Shown here piece by piece: positions 55,103 through 62,872 of a stretch of DNA of 64,000 nt. The stretch lies in the IMG/VR virus record IMGVR_UViG_3300035109_000103, positions 4,800 through 68,799 of that record; one strand, given 5' to 3'. Within the stretch, counting starts at the first letter, position 1. Each line of letters opens with the position of its first letter. Both the position numbers and the translations under genes were made by a program. Under the pieces are notes generated by a model that worked only from the letters and a program-made list of their open reading frames with translations, did not search any database and was not told the DNA's origin. Origin of the DNA: a virus. Lineage: Duplodnaviria; Caudoviricetes.

Positions 55103-56922
55103 CGACGACTGTTCCATTGACCCGGCTTGTGATGAGCCTCCACAACGTCCGTAAGACGGAGAAGGCGGCGAACACTCCGGCGCTCGCTGCCTCGATCCTG
55201 GCGAAGGGGCTGTGGCAGCCCTTGGCGGTGCGCCAGCATCCTGACGACGAAAGCTTTGTCGAGATCGTCGACGGCGATCGGCGGTTCCTGGCCTTCAAGC
55301 TGCTCGTCGAGCAAGGCCACTTCGAGGCCGATGTCGCGGTGCCGGTGTATTTTGCGACCGATGGCGTCATATCCGACGAACTAATGCGCGAAGCCTCTCT
55401 CGCGGCAAACATCGAGCGGGAACCGCTCCACCCTGTCGACGAGTTCGAGAGGTTCTCCGATCTCGCCAAGACGAAGACGCCGGCGGAGATCGCGGAACGG
55501 TTCGGGATCACCAAGCGAACCGTCGAGCAGCGCATCGCGCTCGGCGCATTGCATCCGGAGATCCGCGAGGCATGGCGAAGCGGCGATGTCAGAGACGATG
55601 CCGCGAAGGCATTCACGCTCGCGCTGGACCAGGACCGGCAGCTGAAGGTCTTCAAGGAGCTCCAGAAGAAGCAGTGGCTCTATCCGCACCAAATCAAGTC
55701 CGCGCTCGGCGTCAATGAAAATGTCACCCAAGCGCTGAAGGTCATCGGCATCGACGCCTATCGAGCGGCCGGCGGCGAAGTCGCCGAGGATTTGTTTGGC
55801 GCCGATTCTGTCGTCAGTGATCCGGAGCTCGCGAAGACGCTGCTCGCCGATCGGCTAAAGCAGGAATGCGAGCGCCTGACCGCGGACGGATGGGCCTTCG
55901 CCCTCTTGGCCGATTCCATTTCGAACCATTGGAACTGGCCGCGTCTGACGCCCAGCGGCAAGGCAAAGGCGACCAATGAGGAAACAGAGCGCCTCACGAC
56001 GTTGGAAAATGAAATCGGGGAGATCGAAGGGCGGGGCGACGAGGACGACGGCCTGTCGGAAGAGGAGGAGGAGCAGCTCGAGCTGCTCAACGCCGAGCGC
56101 GGCAAGATCAAGGCTTCGATCGAACTGCGTCGCTGGGGGCCGCGCCAGAAGAAGACGGCGGGCTGTTTGGTCGGCGTCTCCTATGACGGCGACATCGAGA
56201 TCACCTATGGCGTCCAGAACCCCAAGGAAGTCGCGAAGAAGGAGAAGGAAAGGACCGCAGCCGCTGGGGGCGCGAACGCGTCCGCTGGTGAAGCAGAGAA
56301 TCCGGCGATCAGCGACAAGCTCGCCCTGGCGCTGTCCGAGCAGCTGACAATCGCGGCCGCGAAGACACTGAGGACCGAGCCGGCGCTCGCGCTGCGCGCC
56401 CTCGTCGCCACGCTGGAAGGGCCGCGGTTAGATGTCGGGCCGCTGAAGGTGCGAGGCGCCGGTTATGAGGCAATCCCAGATGCCGACGAGACGGGGGAGG
56501 GGGCCGAGGATGCTGGCCACCGTCTCAGTGTCGAGGCGGTTTTCGCGGAACTCCAAGCGCAGAACCAGGATGCTGTTCTCGTGCGCCTCGCCATCGCAGT
56601 GTCGAAGACGCTCGATCTCCGCCGGCAATCGGCGAGGCAGTCGCTTGGGAAGGGGACGGCCGCGCTGTTGAGCGCGCTTCCCGCCGACATGTTCGACATA
56701 TCCGCGCGCGAGGTCTTCGACCCCGGGGTCTATTTCAAAGGCGTCAGCGCCGCCCTCTGCAATTCCGCGCTCGACGAGATGGGCTGGGCGATGGCCGGCG
56801 GCCGCCCGAAGAAGAAGGGCGAGCTGGCAGCGATGTGCGTCGAGGCGGCGCGGACACTGTTCTGGCTTCCGAGGGAGTTGCGGCGGCCAGCAGCCGATGC
56901 GCAACGAGACGGCGAGGAGTGA
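55099..56922 (+). CDS. ParB/RepB/Spo0J family protein
   Basis: GLWQPLAVR, VDGDRRF.A, SLAANIEREPLHPVDE, IAERFG....V.QR.AL..L. Confidence 0.88.
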   Translation: MTTTVPLTRLVMSLHNVRKTEKAANTPALAASILAKGLWQPLAVRQHPDDESFVEIVDGDRRFLAFKLLVEQGHFEADVAVPVYFATDGVISDELMREASLAANIEREPLHPVDEFERFSDLAKTKTPAEIAERFGITKRTVEQRIALGALHPEIREAWRSGDVRDDAAKAFTLALDQDRQLKVFKELQKKQWLYPHQIKSALGVNENVTQALKVIGIDAYRAAGGEVAEDLFGADSVVSDPELAKTLLADRLKQECERLTADGWAFALLADSISNHWNWPRLTPSGKAKATNEETERLTTLENEIGEIEGRGDEDDGLSEEEEEQLELLNAERGKIKASIELRRWGPRQKKTAGCLVGVSYDGDIEITYGVQNPKEVAKKEKERTAAAGGANASAGEAENPAISDKLALALSEQLTIAAAKTLRTEPALALRALVATLEGPRLDVGPLKVRGAGYEAIPDADETGEGAEDAGHRLSVEAVFAELQAQNQDAVLVRLAIAVSKTLDLRRQSARQSLGKGTAALLSALPADMFDISAREVFDPGVYFKGVSAALCNSALDEMGWAMAGGRPKKKGELAAMCVEAARTLFWLPRELRRPAADAQRDGEE

Positions 56923-56927
56923 CAACC

Positions 56928-57299
56928 ATGGACGCTCAATCTGCAACAGAGAGCACCGATTCTGGAAACGACGACGGCTTCGAATGGGCTGTCGTCGAAA
57001 TCTTCGGCCGTCGCCACCATGCCGGCCGAACGCGAGAAGAAGAGCGGTTCGGCGCCAAGATGCTGCGCGTCGACGTTCCGAAATTGGAATGGGTCGAAGA
57101 GGACGGGGAGCGGCGCGTTGTCGTGACCGGCTGGGCCACGCATTTTTACGGCGGCGGGGCGATCTTCTCCTTTTCGCTCACGGACGAAGCGAGCGTGATG
57201 AAGTCGAACCGGCCCTACGATCCGCCTTCGCGCTTGACCTATCGGCCTGCCGAGGAAGACGAGGACGCTCGGGACGGGGGCGAAGCCGATGGTTTCTGA
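56928..57299 (+). CDS. Hypothetical protein
   Basis: EWAVVEIFG.RHHAG...E.FGAKMLRVDVP...FYGG.AIFS. Confidence 0.7.
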   Translation: MDAQSATESTDSGNDDGFEWAVVEIFGRRHHAGRTREEERFGAKMLRVDVPKLEWVEEDGERRVVVTGWATHFYGGGAIFSFSLTDEASVMKSNRPYDPPSRLTYRPAEEDEDARDGGEADGF

Positions 57300-57618
57300 A
57301 GACCGCTCGATCGGCGACCTGCTCGGCGAGGCTTTGCGCCGTCATCGTCACGGGTTGATCCGTCCACTTTGGGCGGACATGCCCAAAAGCGAGCAGAAGG
57401 CGGCCTGGCGCCGCCTCGGGCTGCGATGGCTCGAAGATGCGGCGGGCGCACGCAATGCCGCGTTGGAGGCGGCCGCCCATATCGTCGATGAGGCCGCTGT
57501 TGCTCTGGGCGGCGGCACGCCCGCGGCGCCCGGTGTAGCCGAGCTGCACGACGCGAGCGCGAAAATCCGCGCGCTCATCAGCGATCCTGTTCCTCTGATG
57601 TCGCAGGAAGAGAGATGA
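57289..57618 (+). CDS. Hypothetical protein
   Basis: Coupled; RNAALEAAA motif. Confidence 0.6.
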   Translation: MVSEDRSIGDLLGEALRRHRHGLIRPLWADMPKSEQKAAWRRLGLRWLEDAAGARNAALEAAAHIVDEAAVALGGGTPAAPGVAELHDASAKIRALISDPVPLMSQEER

Positions 57619-57803
57619 CAATGCGTCTGGACCCGCGCGCCGAAGCCGACTTCGCGGCCGCCATGTCGGTCGAAATGGGAGCTCCCGCCGCCAAGCCTGC
57701 GCAGGCGGCGCAGCGGCCGCACTGCCTGCAAATGCCGCATCTGCGCGCCGGCGGCGTCTCGATCGAGCACATCGTCTTCGAGGAGGCGCGCGAGAATGGC
57801 TGA
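57615..57803 (+). CDS. Small hypothetical protein
   Basis: Coupled; 62 aa. Confidence 0.45.
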   Translation: MTMRLDPRAEADFAAAMSVEMGAPAAKPAQAAQRPHCLQMPHLRAGGVSIEHIVFEEARENG

Positions 57804-58302
57804 AACGGCGATCCCCTACGGCCTCAAGGCGCTCTCGGTTCGCCAACCCTGGGCCTGGGCCATCTTCAACGGCAAGGATGTCGAGAACCGCTCGCAGGCG
57901 AGCCTGCGGTACATGAACTTCGCCGGCGTCGAGCGCATCGCGATTCATGCGGCGAAGGGGATGACGCAAGACGAATATGACGATGCGGCGAGCTTCATGC
58001 GCGGGATCGGTGTTGCCTGTCCGCCGGCGATCGGACTGGCGCGGGCCGGCATTATCGGCACAGCGCGCGTCGTCGGGATTGCAAGGGAGAGCAAATCGCC
58101 CTGGTTCTTTGGACCTCGGGCGATCGTTCTTGCTGACCCGGAGCCCTGCGAATTCATTCCCGTGGTCGGGCAGCTCGGCCTATTCGATTGGACGCCGGCG
58201 GGGCCGGCGATCGTCCCGCCGGCGGCGCGCTGGATGCTCGCCGGGCGGCAGTCCAAATCCGCCATGGAACAGGCCGCGAAAGAGCCGGGGTTGCCGCTGT
58301 GA
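57796..58302 (+). CDS. ASCH domain protein
   Basis: ALSVRQPWAWAI..GKDVENR...IAIHAAK...G.IIG. Confidence 0.85.
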   Translation: MAETAIPYGLKALSVRQPWAWAIFNGKDVENRSQASLRYMNFAGVERIAIHAAKGMTQDEYDDAASFMRGIGVACPPAIGLARAGIIGTARVVGIARESKSPWFFGPRAIVLADPEPCEFIPVVGQLGLFDWTPAGPAIVPPAARWMLAGRQSKSAMEQAAKEPGLPL

Positions 58303-58628
58303 GCCGCTCGCCGATCGACATCCTCTTCGACCGCGCCGACATGCGCTGCACGATCTGTAATGCGCTAGCCGGCACCTGCTCGTGCTGGACGCGCTGCTCC
58401 TGCGGGTGGAGCTATGAGACCGGGAAAGCATGCCGGAACCCGAATTGCACGGTATCGCCGCGGGTGACGATCGAATGCCCGATCTGCGGAGCGAAGAAGC
58501 GCACGCTGCCCGATCCATCGGACCCGCCGGCGACGGCGCGCATCCGCCTTGCCTGTTCGAAGTGCATCCGCGGCCAGACGACGACGATCGAATATTTCGA
58601 TGCGGAGGGGAACGAGATCGATGGGTGA
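58299..58628 (+). CDS. Cys-rich zinc-finger protein
   Basis: Multiple CxxC/CxC pairs (CTIC, CSC, CRNPNC, CPIC, CSKC). Confidence 0.6.
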   Translation: MSRSPIDILFDRADMRCTICNALAGTCSCWTRCSCGWSYETGKACRNPNCTVSPRVTIECPICGAKKRTLPDPSDPPATARIRLACSKCIRGQTTTIEYFDAEGNEIDG

Positions 58629-58971
58629 ATCGAAGCGAAAATCGGAGCGCTTGTCTCCGGTCGATCAAGCCGCGCTCGATTTGACGCGCAAGCTCGCGAA
58701 TGATGGCAAAATCCTTGAGGGCGGTTTCGCAGCTTATGTCGTAACGAGCAAAATCGGCATTGACGACCCGGCGCTCTGGCGGCTCCGAGACGCCTACATG
58801 GCTGCCGCCGAGCATCTGTGGTCGAGCATCATGGCGACGCTCGATCCGGGCGAGATAGAGACGCCCGCCGACATGAGGAGAATGGACGCCATCCAGGCCG
58901 AACTCGACGCCTGGCGCGCGCAAAAGATGGCGGCGCTGGCCCAATCCATGCCGACGAAAGGGAGCGCATAA
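58621..58971 (+). CDS. Hypothetical protein
   Basis: Helical; AYMAAAEHLWSSIM..LDPG motif. Confidence 0.65.
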   Translation: MGESKRKSERLSPVDQAALDLTRKLANDGKILEGGFAAYVVTSKIGIDDPALWRLRDAYMAAAEHLWSSIMATLDPGEIETPADMRRMDAIQAELDAWRAQKMAALAQSMPTKGSA

Positions 58972-58973
58972 CG

Positions 58974-59378
58974 ATGGCTGGTCAAGTTGGAATTCTCAAT
59001 GTCGGCGCCGGCGATACGAAGCTCGTCTTTGATCCGAGCAATCCGGCCGACTGCATTCGCGCGGCGCGCGTCGTCAAGGACATGATCCGCCGCGGCTATG
59101 CTCTGCTCGTCGACACCGGAAAGCGCGACGCGGGAGATCGCCCGATCTATGCGCGCGCCAAAGATTTCGACGAGACCAAATTCGAATACATCATCGCCGA
59201 TTTCGATCCGTTGATTGCGGCCGAGGAAGATGCAAATGCAGAAGATGAATCGACAGCAGCGCAGAGCGATGGAGCGCCTGGAGAAAAAGCGAAAGTGCGC
59301 AAGCCCCGCAGCGTCCGAAAGGCTATCCCGGCCGAGAGCGTCAACGCCATCGCCGTCGCGCGAACGGCGGGAGGCTAA
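58974..59378 (+). CDS. Hypothetical protein ending in diglycine (AVARTAGG-stop)
   Basis: GGGAG RBS; GILNVGAGDTKLVFD...DMIRRGYALLV; terminal GG at 59370-59375. Confidence 0.75.
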   Translation: MAGQVGILNVGAGDTKLVFDPSNPADCIRAARVVKDMIRRGYALLVDTGKRDAGDRPIYARAKDFDETKFEYIIADFDPLIAAEEDANAEDESTAAQSDGAPGEKAKVRKPRSVRKAIPAESVNAIAVARTAGG

Positions 59379-60084
59379 CGGCAGGGCGCTTTTGAAGGCG
59401 CTCGACGGATTTTCCGGGCTCCGCGACGGTCTGCGCGAGATTGCCGATATGCGCAACGAGTGGGCTGGAATCCCGATGCCTCTCGACGGAATTCCGCTCG
59501 TCATCGAGCCGACCTATCGGGACGCGAAAGGGCTCGCGTCGATCGGCAGAGGAAAGCCGGAGGCCGCCAGCGAGTTCGATAATGTCGAGATCATCAATCG
59601 GTTTTTCTCGACGCGAAAAGGACGAGACATCGTCATCTGGCGGCAGAATGGGAAGATCGACTGGGGCACATGCGGCCATGTCCACGGCGCCGACTTCGCG
59701 CTTCAAACGCTCGGCGCGTCCGACGCGTGGGGGATTGAGCAAGAAGCGAACGCGATTAATACGCTCGGCGGGATGCTTTCGCACCGGGCGTTCAAGCAAT
59801 ATATGCTGACGGGCTGCTTTCTCGAAACGAGCAGACGCAGCGGCGTGGTCTATTTATTCCGCCGGCTTCGGCCGACAATCGCAATCTCGCTGCGGAGTGG
59901 CAGTTCCCGAATTCTTGCCGCGCTGTGTATGCACCCGATCGGCTATTATGAAGGATCGTGGGCGGGAGCAATGTGTCCGACAGACGACGTCATCGCGCAT
60001 CTTGCGTTGATGCGCGGCGACGAGGCGATGCTCTGGCGCCGTTGCAACCAACATGCGCCTTATCGCCCGGAAGCGGGGTTGTGA
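59236..60084 (+). CDS. Cys/His-containing hypothetical protein
   Basis: LCMHPIGYY..SWAGAMCPTDD..AHL.LMRGDE...NQH; start uncertain (ATG 59236 overlapping upstream gene, or TTG ~59393). Confidence 0.7.
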   Translation: MQKMNRQQRRAMERLEKKRKCASPAASERLSRPRASTPSPSRERREANGRALLKALDGFSGLRDGLREIADMRNEWAGIPMPLDGIPLVIEPTYRDAKGLASIGRGKPEAASEFDNVEIINRFFSTRKGRDIVIWRQNGKIDWGTCGHVHGADFALQTLGASDAWGIEQEANAINTLGGMLSHRAFKQYMLTGCFLETSRRSGVVYLFRRLRPTIAISLRSGSSRILAALCMHPIGYYEGSWAGAMCPTDDVIAHLALMRGDEAMLWRRCNQHAPYRPEAGL

Positions 60085-60086
60085 TC

Positions 60087-60581
60087 ATGAGCAAGAAACG
60101 CCCTCACGATACGGCGGCCGAGCGCGGTGATCCATTTCCCTATAAGGGGCCGCTCCGTCGAGTCGACGGTCGAGCGCCCTTCAATCACTATCTCTGGCCC
60201 CTCGGTGATGATTGGTTCTGGGCCTACAACGATTTAGGTCGGCGGTTCTCCAGCACGTGGAACTTTTCCGCCGTCGCTCTTGCCGATGGCCGCTGGATTG
60301 TCGAGGGGTTCGTCAAAGACGACGAATTCGCGATGGAATTTTTTCCATCCCGCGAAACGGCATTGCGGACGGCTGCGGCGCGCCTGATCCGAATGATCCG
60401 TCGCGCGCGGCGCTGGACAGGGCACGATCACGTCTCGGCGGAGGACTATCCTATCCTCATCGCTTGGACGCTTGAAACAATCGGAAGGCCTGCGCGGGAG
60501 GTTTTTGTCGCTCCGCCGCCTCCACCTCCACCACCCGCTCCGCCCACGACGTTGCTCGAGATCATGGAGCGGGTGCCATGA
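60087..60581 (+). CDS. Trp-rich hypothetical protein
   Basis: Operon spacing; 164 aa with poly-Pro tail. Confidence 0.6.
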   Translation: MSKKRPHDTAAERGDPFPYKGPLRRVDGRAPFNHYLWPLGDDWFWAYNDLGRRFSSTWNFSAVALADGRWIVEGFVKDDEFAMEFFPSRETALRTAAARLIRMIRRARRWTGHDHVSAEDYPILIAWTLETIGRPAREVFVAPPPPPPPPAPPTTLLEIMERVP

Positions 60582-60892
60582 CCGCGCGCCTTCAGTGCTG
60601 CGTCCCGTTCTGCCAGCGAACAATCGGCGCCGACAAGGGCTATTCGGAATGGATCTGTCCGAAGCACTGGCGGCAGGTCCCGCGGGAGGCGCGCGCCGCC
60701 TACGCGCTCGCCAGACGCCGCGCCCGGCGCATCCTCGCCCGCAAGCCGATCTACCGAGAATATTGGAGGCTGCTTCCCGGCTCGCCGGCGCGGCTTTCTG
60801 CCGTCGCGATGTGGCGGCGGGTCGACTCGGCGTGGGAGCGCTGCAAGCGCGAGGCGATCGAGCGGGCGCTTGGGGGAGGGGATGGGCGATGA
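60578..60892 (+). CDS. Zn-finger hypothetical protein
   Basis: CCVPFC...CPKHW motif. Confidence 0.65.
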   Translation: MTARLQCCVPFCQRTIGADKGYSEWICPKHWRQVPREARAAYALARRRARRILARKPIYREYWRLLPGSPARLSAVAMWRRVDSAWERCKREAIERALGGGDGR

Positions 60893-61227
60893 ATTTCGCC
60901 TCGGACAGAGAAGAGCGCGAGCGCATCCTCGAGCTGTTCGCCGCCGGCCGCGAGCCCGCAGAGATCGCGGAACGGCTCGGCCTGGACGCGCGTGACGTCG
61001 AGAGGGCCATCGCCTCGGCCGAGAGCGCACCGGCGAATTTTTACGAAGCGCAGCTCGTCGCTGGGGGGCGCGCGCTGAGGCGGCGCGCAGGGACGGCCGC
61101 GAACGGCAAGCGCATGTCGCGCCGGCGGAAGGCCGCGGCGCTCAGGGCAGGCGGAGTCGCCCCTGTGATGATCGGGGATATCAGCGTGGGTAGCGTGAAC
61201 AGCGTGGGGGATAGTCATGATGCATGA
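60889..61227 (+). CDS. HTH hypothetical protein
   Basis: ILELFAAG...AEIAERLGL...VERAI. Confidence 0.6.
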   Translation: MNFASDREERERILELFAAGREPAEIAERLGLDARDVERAIASAESAPANFYEAQLVAGGRALRRRAGTAANGKRMSRRRKAAALRAGGVAPVMIGDISVGSVNSVGDSHDA

Positions 61228-61579
61228 GGTAGGGTCGCCCGGCGCTCTCGTCTCTGCCGCCCAGGCGGCGGGGCGGCTCGGTGTATCGGAGCGCCAGTTG
61301 CGGGAGCTGATCCGGGACGGGAAACTCCCCTATGTCAACGTCGGGCTGGGAGTGCGCCCGGCATATCGGCTGCGCCCGGCCGATCTCGAGGCCTTCATCC
61401 TGCAGCGGACGGCGATATGTCAAAAGTTAGAGGCATCTACCAGCGGGGGGGCTCCGGCGAATGGCTCTACGACCTCCAAATCAGAGGTCATCGATTTTGC
61501 GGCTCGACGGGCACAACGAATAAGCGCGAGGCCGAACGGTGGATCGCCACGTTCCGGACGAAAAAGAAGGCCGAAGTAG
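61217..61579 (+). CDS. xis: Excisionase (MerR-like HTH) overlapping integrase
   Basis: AAQAA.RLGVS.RQLRELIRDGKLPYV..G...YR.RP.DL..FI. Confidence 0.8.
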   Translation: MMHEVGSPGALVSAAQAAGRLGVSERQLRELIRDGKLPYVNVGLGVRPAYRLRPADLEAFILQRTAICQKLEASTSGGAPANGSTTSKSEVIDFAARRAQRISARPNGGSPRSGRKRRPK

Positions 61580-62553
61580 CGGAGTTCTCCGGCTCCGCCC
61601 CAATGACCTTCGGTGTCGCGTCGACGCGGTGGTGGGAAGAACGGGGGCAGCATCGCAAGGATTCGCGGGATATCGAGCGTTTCCTGGGATGGCTACAGGC
61701 GCAAATCGGGAAAAAGACGGCGGTCGCGGCGATTGACAACAACATGGTGGCGCGCCTGGTCGCCACCCGTCGCGCCGAGGATGTCTCGCCTGCGACGGTG
61801 AACCGATCCGTCACCGAGCCGCTCCGGGCCATATTGACGCGCGCCGGCGATATGTGGGGCCAGCAGGTCCAGAAGATCCACTGGGGCGGCCACAAGCTCG
61901 CGGAACCGCAACAGCGTGTGAGGGAGGCGAGCGCCGCCGAGGAAGCAAAGCTCTTCGCCGCTCTGCGCCCGGATTTCCATCCGATCGCGAGATTCCTGCT
62001 CATCACCGGCATGAGGCGGGCCGAGGCCTGCGGCTTGCGCTGGGCCGTCGTCGATATGGACGGCGGCAGGATTACCGTCCATGGGAAGGGGGATAGGGTC
62101 GATACGCTGCCGCTGACGGGGGCCGCTATGGCCATTCTCCGAGGCGAGCAAGGGCGAAGCGCCGAATTCGTCTTCACCTATCAGGTCCGGCACAAATGGG
62201 GCGGGAAACTCGGCTCGCGCGTTCCGATCGCTCCCGACACACTCGGCACCGCGTTCTGGCGCGCCCGGCGCGCTGCGGGGCTCGCGGACGCCGATCTCCG
62301 ACTGCACGATATCCGGCACACCGCCGCGACGCGCCTGGTGCGCGCGACCGGCAATCTAGGGGCGGCCCAGAAAATGCTCCGCCATAGCCGGATCACGACG
62401 ACGATGCGCTATGCCCACGTCACAGACGATGACCTCAGGGCGGCGATGGAAAAGGCGGCTCCGGTCGCGGCAATTGTCGAGACGCCCGCCGCCGAGAAAC
62501 AAGGGCAAGCCGCCGAGCCTGTGGCGGATCCCGCGAAGAAGAACGCCGGGTGA
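61417..62553 (+). CDS. int: Tyrosine integrase
   Basis: TGMRRAEACGL, GKG, HDIRH, LRHS.ITTT.RY catalytic residues. Confidence 0.95.
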   Translation: MSKVRGIYQRGGSGEWLYDLQIRGHRFCGSTGTTNKREAERWIATFRTKKKAEVAEFSGSAPMTFGVASTRWWEERGQHRKDSRDIERFLGWLQAQIGKKTAVAAIDNNMVARLVATRRAEDVSPATVNRSVTEPLRAILTRAGDMWGQQVQKIHWGGHKLAEPQQRVREASAAEEAKLFAALRPDFHPIARFLLITGMRRAEACGLRWAVVDMDGGRITVHGKGDRVDTLPLTGAAMAILRGEQGRSAEFVFTYQVRHKWGGKLGSRVPIAPDTLGTAFWRARRAAGLADADLRLHDIRHTAATRLVRATGNLGAAQKMLRHSRITTTMRYAHVTDDDLRAAMEKAAPVAAIVETPAAEKQGQAAEPVADPAKKNAG

Positions 62554-62577
62554 ACGGGGCACGGGACTTTCACGGGA
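62553..62577 (+). repeat. Arm-type-like direct repeats CACGGGA
   Basis: CACGGGA at 62560 and 62571 (11-bp period), degenerate AACGGGG at 62553, just after the int stop. Confidence 0.45.
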
Positions 62578-62637
62578 TTCTCGGTTCCGAAAAGCTCCGT
62601 TTGTTTCCATTTCCTGCCGATCCGGCCTTTTGGCGGC

Positions 62638-62666
62638 TTGCTCGGAGAAGCGAAAAACCCTATAGG
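62638..62666 (+). promoter_or_regulatory. Putative tRNA promoter
   Basis: TTGCTC-N17-TATAGG about 22 nt before the tRNA. Confidence 0.45.
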
Positions 62667-62688
62667 ATTAGCAATCTTGAGGCGGTTC

Positions 62689-62763
62689 GCGGGCGTAGTT
62701 CAGTGGCAGAACGACAGCTTCCCAAGCTGTATGTCGTGGGTTCGATTCCCATCGCCCGCTCCA
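62689..62763 (+). tRNA. tRNA-Gly(CCC)
   Basis: Acceptor GCGGGCG/CGCCCGC, anticodon stem ACAGC/GCTGT with loop TTCCCAA, GGTTCGATTCC T-arm, encoded CCA. Confidence 0.96.
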
Positions 62764-62872
62764 TTTCGCGCAGGTCGTTTCAACAGCGCTTTCTTTTCGA
62801 CCGCCTCGCTCGAATACGTCGCTTGTTTTCGCGGTGGAGACGGTCGGAAAGTTTCATCCGGATCGTGTGACT

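Larger units (their letters stand above)
1..62688. mobile_element. Lambdoid siphovirus prophage (left end outside window)
   Basis: Contiguous tail, head, packaging, replication, cI/cro, recombination, xis and int modules; host-type tRNA and GGDEF gene begin immediately right of int. Confidence 0.97.

Noticed and set aside
55099-60084. PRTRC (ParB/ThiF-related) cassette
   Set aside because: ParB and a GG-ending protein are present, but no ThiF/E1 or JAB gene is recognisable.
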